Assembly (NCBI GenBank): GCA_964658025.1 | Contig: CAZZXB010000052.1 | Location: forward strand, 1 to 18,971 | DNA from: an uncultured Janthinobacterium sp. | Lineage (GTDB): Bacteria; Vulcanimicrobiota; Vulcanimicrobiia; Vulcanimicrobiales; Vulcanimicrobiaceae | DNA: 18,971 nt | Direction: 5' to 3' | In this document: positions 14,805 to 18,971 of the stretch, piece by piece | Numbering within the stretch: position 1 is the stretch's first letter | How the letters are laid out: every line of letters starts with the position of its first letter | Program-made: the position numbers and the translations under genes | Notes under the pieces: generated by a model | The model's input: the letters and a program-made list of their open reading frames with translations, nothing else | Database searches by the model: none | Told to the model about the DNA's origin: nothing

Positions 14805-15827
14805 ATGAGCGGACCGTCGATATCGCGTGAGACCTCAGCACGTCTGGCGTCGTTCGTCGAGCGTCGTCGCTCCGAACTGGTCGATGCCGTCTCGCACTCG
14901 TCGGCCCTGCTTCGTTCGCAAGCCGCCGACGCGATCGTGTTCGCGCACGAATTTTTCGATCGGCTCTGTCAGGAACTCGAGATCGGCGATCGCGACGCGC
15001 TCGACGTGTGGATCGACGCCGGTTCCGAGTTCGACGGCGCGGGCGAACGCGCGCGGATGGTCGTCGTCGCGTGCGCGATCGTTTCGACGTCGTACGCGAT
15101 CGAGTGCGGGCGCGAGGACGACGTCGTTTCGTATCTCGCGGTTCGCGCGGGCGAACTCGAGCGTCGCGTGCACGCCGCCCGTCACGTGCGAAAACGATCG
15201 AGCGATCCGAGCGCGTTCGTGAGTCGCGATGAGGTGGTCGCATCGTTTCTGTCGGCGCTCGAAGCGCGCGACGGGGCCACGTGCGATCACTCGCGCGCGG
15301 TCGGGATGTGGTGCGGTCGCATCGCGAAGATGCTCGGCCTCAGCCTCGAAGATCAGGCGCTCGCCGTCCTCGCGGGGACGCTCCACGACATCGGAAAGAT
15401 CTCGACCCCGAGCGAGATCCTCGGCAAGGCGGGTCCGCTCTCGAGCGACGAATGGGAGACGATGCGCGCCCACGCGCTCATCGGCGCGAAGATGTTGGAA
15501 CGCATCCCGTCGATGCACGACGTCGCGCCGATCGTGCGCGCCCATCACGAGCGCGTCGACGGCACGGGCTATCCCGATAACGTCGCGGGCGAGGCGATCC
15601 CGCTTCTCGCGCGTATCGTCGCCGTCGCCGATTCGTTCCACGCGATGATCAGCAAGCGTCCGTACCGCCAACCCCTCTCGGTGCCGCGTGCGATCGACGA
15701 ACTCCGCGCGGGTTCGGGGACGCAGTGGGACGCCACGATCGTCGAAACGATGCTCTCGATCGTCCAACCGTCGAGTAATCGCCATCGCGCGCCGCTCCGA
15801 GCGGTGCGCGGCGGAGCATCGGGCTAA
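14805..15827 (+). CDS. HD-GYP cyclic dinucleotide phosphodiesterase with an unassigned helical N-terminal domain
   Basis: EARDGATCDHS, LHDIGK, HHERVDGTGYP, ARIVAVADSF, RPYR, GTQWD. Confidence 0.95.
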   Translation: MSGPSISRETSARLASFVERRRSELVDAVSHSSALLRSQAADAIVFAHEFFDRLCQELEIGDRDALDVWIDAGSEFDGAGERARMVVVACAIVSTSYAIECGREDDVVSYLAVRAGELERRVHAARHVRKRSSDPSAFVSRDEVVASFLSALEARDGATCDHSRAVGMWCGRIAKMLGLSLEDQALAVLAGTLHDIGKISTPSEILGKAGPLSSDEWETMRAHALIGAKMLERIPSMHDVAPIVRAHHERVDGTGYPDNVAGEAIPLLARIVAVADSFHAMISKRPYRQPLSVPRAIDELRAGSGTQWDATIVETMLSIVQPSSNRHRAPLRAVRGGASG

Positions 15828-15839
15828 CCCGCTAAGGGC

Positions 15840-17168
15840 TCAGAACGCCGTATCGCTCGAGAAGTGGAAGCGGCCGAGTTTGGCGGCCGGAACGACGCTC
15901 GCGTACGAATACCCCGCCGTGCGCACCTGCCGGTCCGAGAACGCGGCATCGCCGAGCGCGCCGATGATGCTCTGATTGAAACGGAGGTTCCGAACGCCGC
16001 TCGCGATCTTTCCGTCTTCGATGAGGAACGTTCCGTCGCGCGTCATCCCCGTCACGATCGTCCGTCGCGCGTCGACGGGTCGGATGTACCAGAAGCGCGT
16101 GACGAGCAGGCCGCGTTCGGTCCCCGCGACGAGCGCCTCGAGCGACGACGTGCCGGGGTCGACGACGAGCGAGCCGACGCGCGGGCCGCTCGGGTTCGGT
16201 TCGGGGAGCGCGTGGCCCGTATTCGGACGGTCGAGGATGCGCGCGTACCGCGCGTCGGTGACGATCCCGCGCCCGACGCCGCGTTCGATGAGCGCGACGC
16301 GCTGCGTCGGCACGCCTTCGTCGTCGAACGGACGGCCGTCCAGCAGCGGGTGCGCGTGGTCGTCGCGGACGGTCACGTTCTCGGCGGCGAACGTCTCGCC
16401 GAGTGCGCCGGAGAGAAACGACGAACCCTCGTCGTAGCTCTGCGCCGAAAAATGCGGGGCGAGATACGAGAGTAACTCGCCGAACGCGGCAGGCTCGAGG
16501 ATGACGGTCCAGTCGCCCGGTTCCACGGTCCCGGGCATCGCCGACGCCTTCGCCTTGTCGCACGCGACGCGAGCCGTGCGGTCGACGTCGAACGCCGATG
16601 CCGCGTTTCCGTAGAATTCGGCGTAGCCCGTAGAATCGGCGCCGTTCGATTTGACGTTCGCCGCGAAATGCGTGCCGCGATGCGACGCGCGCGTCCCGCG
16701 GGCGTTCGCGATCGCGGTCGTCGTCACGTCGGTCGCGACGTATCCCGCGAGCCAGAGTCCGTCGCGCTCCGCGATGTCGAACATCGTCGCCGCGAGTTCC
16801 GCGCGCTCCGTCGGCGCGAAGCGTGCGGTGGCGTCGTCGTACGCGCCGGACGGACTCGGGACGCTCGGACTCGCCGTTAGCGCCGCGCGTTCGTCGTGCG
16901 GGGCGATCTCGGCGAGCGCGCGGGCGCGCTCGATCGCGGCGCGCATCCCCGCGTCGCTCGGGTCGTGCGTCGTCGCGACGCCCGTGCGCCCGTCGACGAT
17001 CGTGCGGACGCGGACCGTCACGTCGTCCGTCGCGAGATTCTGATGGATCGCGTTGTGCGTGAATCGCGTGAGACCGCCGCCGCTCACGACGACGATCGCC
17101 TCGCTCTCGCCGCCCGCGAGTTCGATCGCCCGTTCCGCGAGGTCGAGCGCGCGTCGCCCGTCAGCCAT
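15840..17168 (-). CDS. tldE: TldE/PmbA family protein (non-catalytic partner)
   Basis: LTRFTHNAIHQN, PGDWTVILEPAA, PFDDEGVP, NTGHA, VTGMTRDG, VRNLRFNQS; no HExxxH; start overlaps the end of tldD. Confidence 0.88.
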   Translation of the reverse strand: MADGRRALDLAERAIELAGGESEAIVVVSGGGLTRFTHNAIHQNLATDDVTVRVRTIVDGRTGVATTHDPSDAGMRAAIERARALAEIAPHDERAALTASPSVPSPSGAYDDATARFAPTERAELAATMFDIAERDGLWLAGYVATDVTTTAIANARGTRASHRGTHFAANVKSNGADSTGYAEFYGNAASAFDVDRTARVACDKAKASAMPGTVEPGDWTVILEPAAFGELLSYLAPHFSAQSYDEGSSFLSGALGETFAAENVTVRDDHAHPLLDGRPFDDEGVPTQRVALIERGVGRGIVTDARYARILDRPNTGHALPEPNPSGPRVGSLVVDPGTSSLEALVAGTERGLLVTRFWYIRPVDARRTIVTGMTRDGTFLIEDGKIASGVRNLRFNQSIIGALGDAAFSDRQVRTAGYSYASVVPAAKLGRFHFSSDTAF

Positions 17169-18615
17169 CGTATCCGACTCCCACGCGCACGTTGCGAAAC
17201 CGCGCGGGCGACGCGCCCTGCGACGTCCGGCCGACCTGCATCGGTTCGCCCTTTCCGCAATTCGGCGTCCCCCACGCGGTCCACGACGTCTCGTCGGCGA
17301 TCGCGTCGCACGCGTTCCAGAATTGCGGCGTCACGCCCGCGTAGGTCGGATTCTTGACCATGCGCGTCCGCTTGCCGTCGACGATCTCCCAACCGATCTG
17401 ACAACCGAACTGAAAGTTCAACCGGTGATCGTCGATCGACCACGATCGGTTCGATTCCATGTAATACCCGCGCTCCACGTCCTCGAAGAGCGCTTCGAAC
17501 GGCACGTCGCCCGGTTGGAGGTTGAGGTTGCACATGCGGATCATCGGAACGTGTTGCCAACTCTGCGCGCGGACGCACGCGTTCGTCGCGCGACCGATCG
17601 TCCGCGCCGTATCGCGCGACATCTCGAATCCGACGAGCAGGCCGTCGCGCACGATGTCGGATCGCACGCTACGCGCGCCCTCGTCGTCGTACGCGACGGT
17701 CGCGAAGCCGCCGGGCAAGAGATTATCGATGACGATCGACACCTTCGGCGAACCGTACCGTAAGGTTCCGAGTTGCGCCGGGTCGAGAAAGCTCGTCCCG
17801 GAAAAATTCGCCTCCCATCCCATCACGCGATCGAGTTCGGCCGCGTGTCCGCACGATTCGTGGATCTGTAACGAGACTTGCGATCCGCCGAGGATCACGT
17901 CGAACTCTCCCGACGGGCACTGCGGCGCGTCCAGGAGTTGCGTCGCCTCCTCGCCGATTCGCGCGGCGTTGCCGAGCAGATCGGCGCGCTCCACGATCTC
18001 CCATCCGCCGCCTTGATAGAGCCCGTTGTCGCCCGGATACGCGCGATCTTGCGCGTCGCCGTCGCCGACCGCGAGGGCGCTCAGACCGCTCCCCGTCTGG
18101 TGGATCGTCTGCGCGATTCGCGAACCCGTCGTACTGTAGAACGTCTTGTCGGTCCGCCACAGATCGATCCATGCGCGACCGACGCGGACGCGCGGCGTCG
18201 CGTGGATCGCGCGCTCGCAATCGAGGAGCAGCGCGACGCGTTCGCCGAGCGGGACGTCCGCCGGATCGCGGACGAGCGGCGTGAGATACGTGTCGACGTA
18301 GCGGTCGTCCGGCGCTTGCGCGAAGCGTCGCGTCGCGACCGAAGCGCTCGCTCTCGCCACGGCGACGGCGAGCGAAGCCGCCGCGTCGATCCCCGCATCG
18401 GAGAGATCGTTACTCGACGCGAAACCCCAAGCGCCTTCGAAGAACGCGCGCAGACCGAAGCCGACGCTCGTCGTGTTCGCGAGCGTGGAAACCTCGCCGT
18501 TGCGAATCTCGATCCGTTCGGTCGCGGCGTCCTCGAAGCGGACGTCCGCATAGGTCGCGCCGCGCGCGACGGCCGTATCGAGCGCGCGTGCCGCGGCGGC
18601 GTCGAAATCGATCAC
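17161..18615 (-). CDS. tldD: TldD family metalloprotease (catalytic subunit)
   Basis: YADVRF, GAWGFAS, HESCGHAAELDR (HExxxH), YDDEG, PMIRMCN, C-terminal CGKGEP. Confidence 0.93.
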   Translation of the reverse strand: MIDFDAAAARALDTAVARGATYADVRFEDAATERIEIRNGEVSTLANTTSVGFGLRAFFEGAWGFASSNDLSDAGIDAAASLAVAVARASASVATRRFAQAPDDRYVDTYLTPLVRDPADVPLGERVALLLDCERAIHATPRVRVGRAWIDLWRTDKTFYSTTGSRIAQTIHQTGSGLSALAVGDGDAQDRAYPGDNGLYQGGGWEIVERADLLGNAARIGEEATQLLDAPQCPSGEFDVILGGSQVSLQIHESCGHAAELDRVMGWEANFSGTSFLDPAQLGTLRYGSPKVSIVIDNLLPGGFATVAYDDEGARSVRSDIVRDGLLVGFEMSRDTARTIGRATNACVRAQSWQHVPMIRMCNLNLQPGDVPFEALFEDVERGYYMESNRSWSIDDHRLNFQFGCQIGWEIVDGKRTRMVKNPTYAGVTPQFWNACDAIADETSWTAWGTPNCGKGEPMQVGRTSQGASPARFRNVRVGVGYDG

Positions 18616-18621
18616 GTTCGT

Positions 18622-18971
18622 TTAATCGTCCGCGCTCGCGAGAAGTCCCCCTCGGATCGACTCGGCAGTGGCGAGTCCGCGCGCGACGTCGGTATGCGGT
18701 GCGACGACCGTCGCCCGCGCCCGTCCGGCATCGTACGCGAACGCCGCGACGCGCAGCTCCGAAAACGTTCCCGCGACGACGACTCCGTCCGGATCGACGG
18801 CGAAGGCGCGATCGCGCGCGGCGTCGAGGACGACGACGTAACAGCGCAGTTCCGCGGCACGCGTTCGCGCGAAACGCGTCGTCCAGTCGTCGTCGCCCTC
18901 CACGACCCAGACGAAGAGATCGACGTCGCTCGCGCGCGCGTCCACGAGTCCGCGCGGCGACGTCAGCGTCT
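18622..18971 (-). CDS. 5'-truncated protein resembling the C-terminal part of a carbon-nitrogen hydrolase (nitrilase) fold
   Basis: Frame stays open to the window edge; ARTRAAELRCYVV and AFAVDPDGVVVA resemble nitrilase-family RARAxENxxYVV and IIDPxGxVLA. Confidence 0.6.
   Translation of the reverse strand, partial: TLTSPRGLVDARASDVDLFVWVVEGDDDWTTRFARTRAAELRCYVVVLDAARDRAFAVDPDGVVVAGTFSELRVAAFAYDAGRARATVVAPHTDVARGLATAESIRGGLLASADD

Noticed and set aside
14612..14806. 64-aa minus-strand ORF in the spacer before the HD-GYP gene
   Set aside because: It overlaps the HD-GYP start and RBS, has atypical codon usage and no recognisable motif.

Overview
High-GC bacterial chromosomal segment, densely coding, with about 23 genes and no mobile element, CRISPR array, rRNA or tRNA recognised. 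Composition and gene style suggest a soil Terrabacteria lineage such as Eremiobacterota; this is inference only. Left to right: the 3' end of an exported-type protein; a secretin coupled to a small lipoprotein; an Fe-S locus (sufC-sufD-sufS-sufU plus a small membrane gene, with no sufB, divergent from a SufR-like regulator and a second atypical IscU-fold gene); an O-methyltransferase/flavin reductase/MBL hydrolase operon divergent from an Fe/Mn SOD and a LON-domain gene; a folD lacking the cyclohydrolase Lys; a small hypothetical; an alpha/beta hydrolase; a TlpA/ResA thioredoxin plus a degenerate ResB-like protein; a structured 218-bp spacer ahead of an HD-GYP phosphodiesterase; and tldE, tldD and a partial carbon-nitrogen hydrolase-like gene. 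The most unusual elements are the rearranged SUF locus with two non-canonical U-type proteins, the secretin-lipoprotein pair and the structured leader of the HD-GYP gene. All family calls come from reading motifs by eye, not from database searches.
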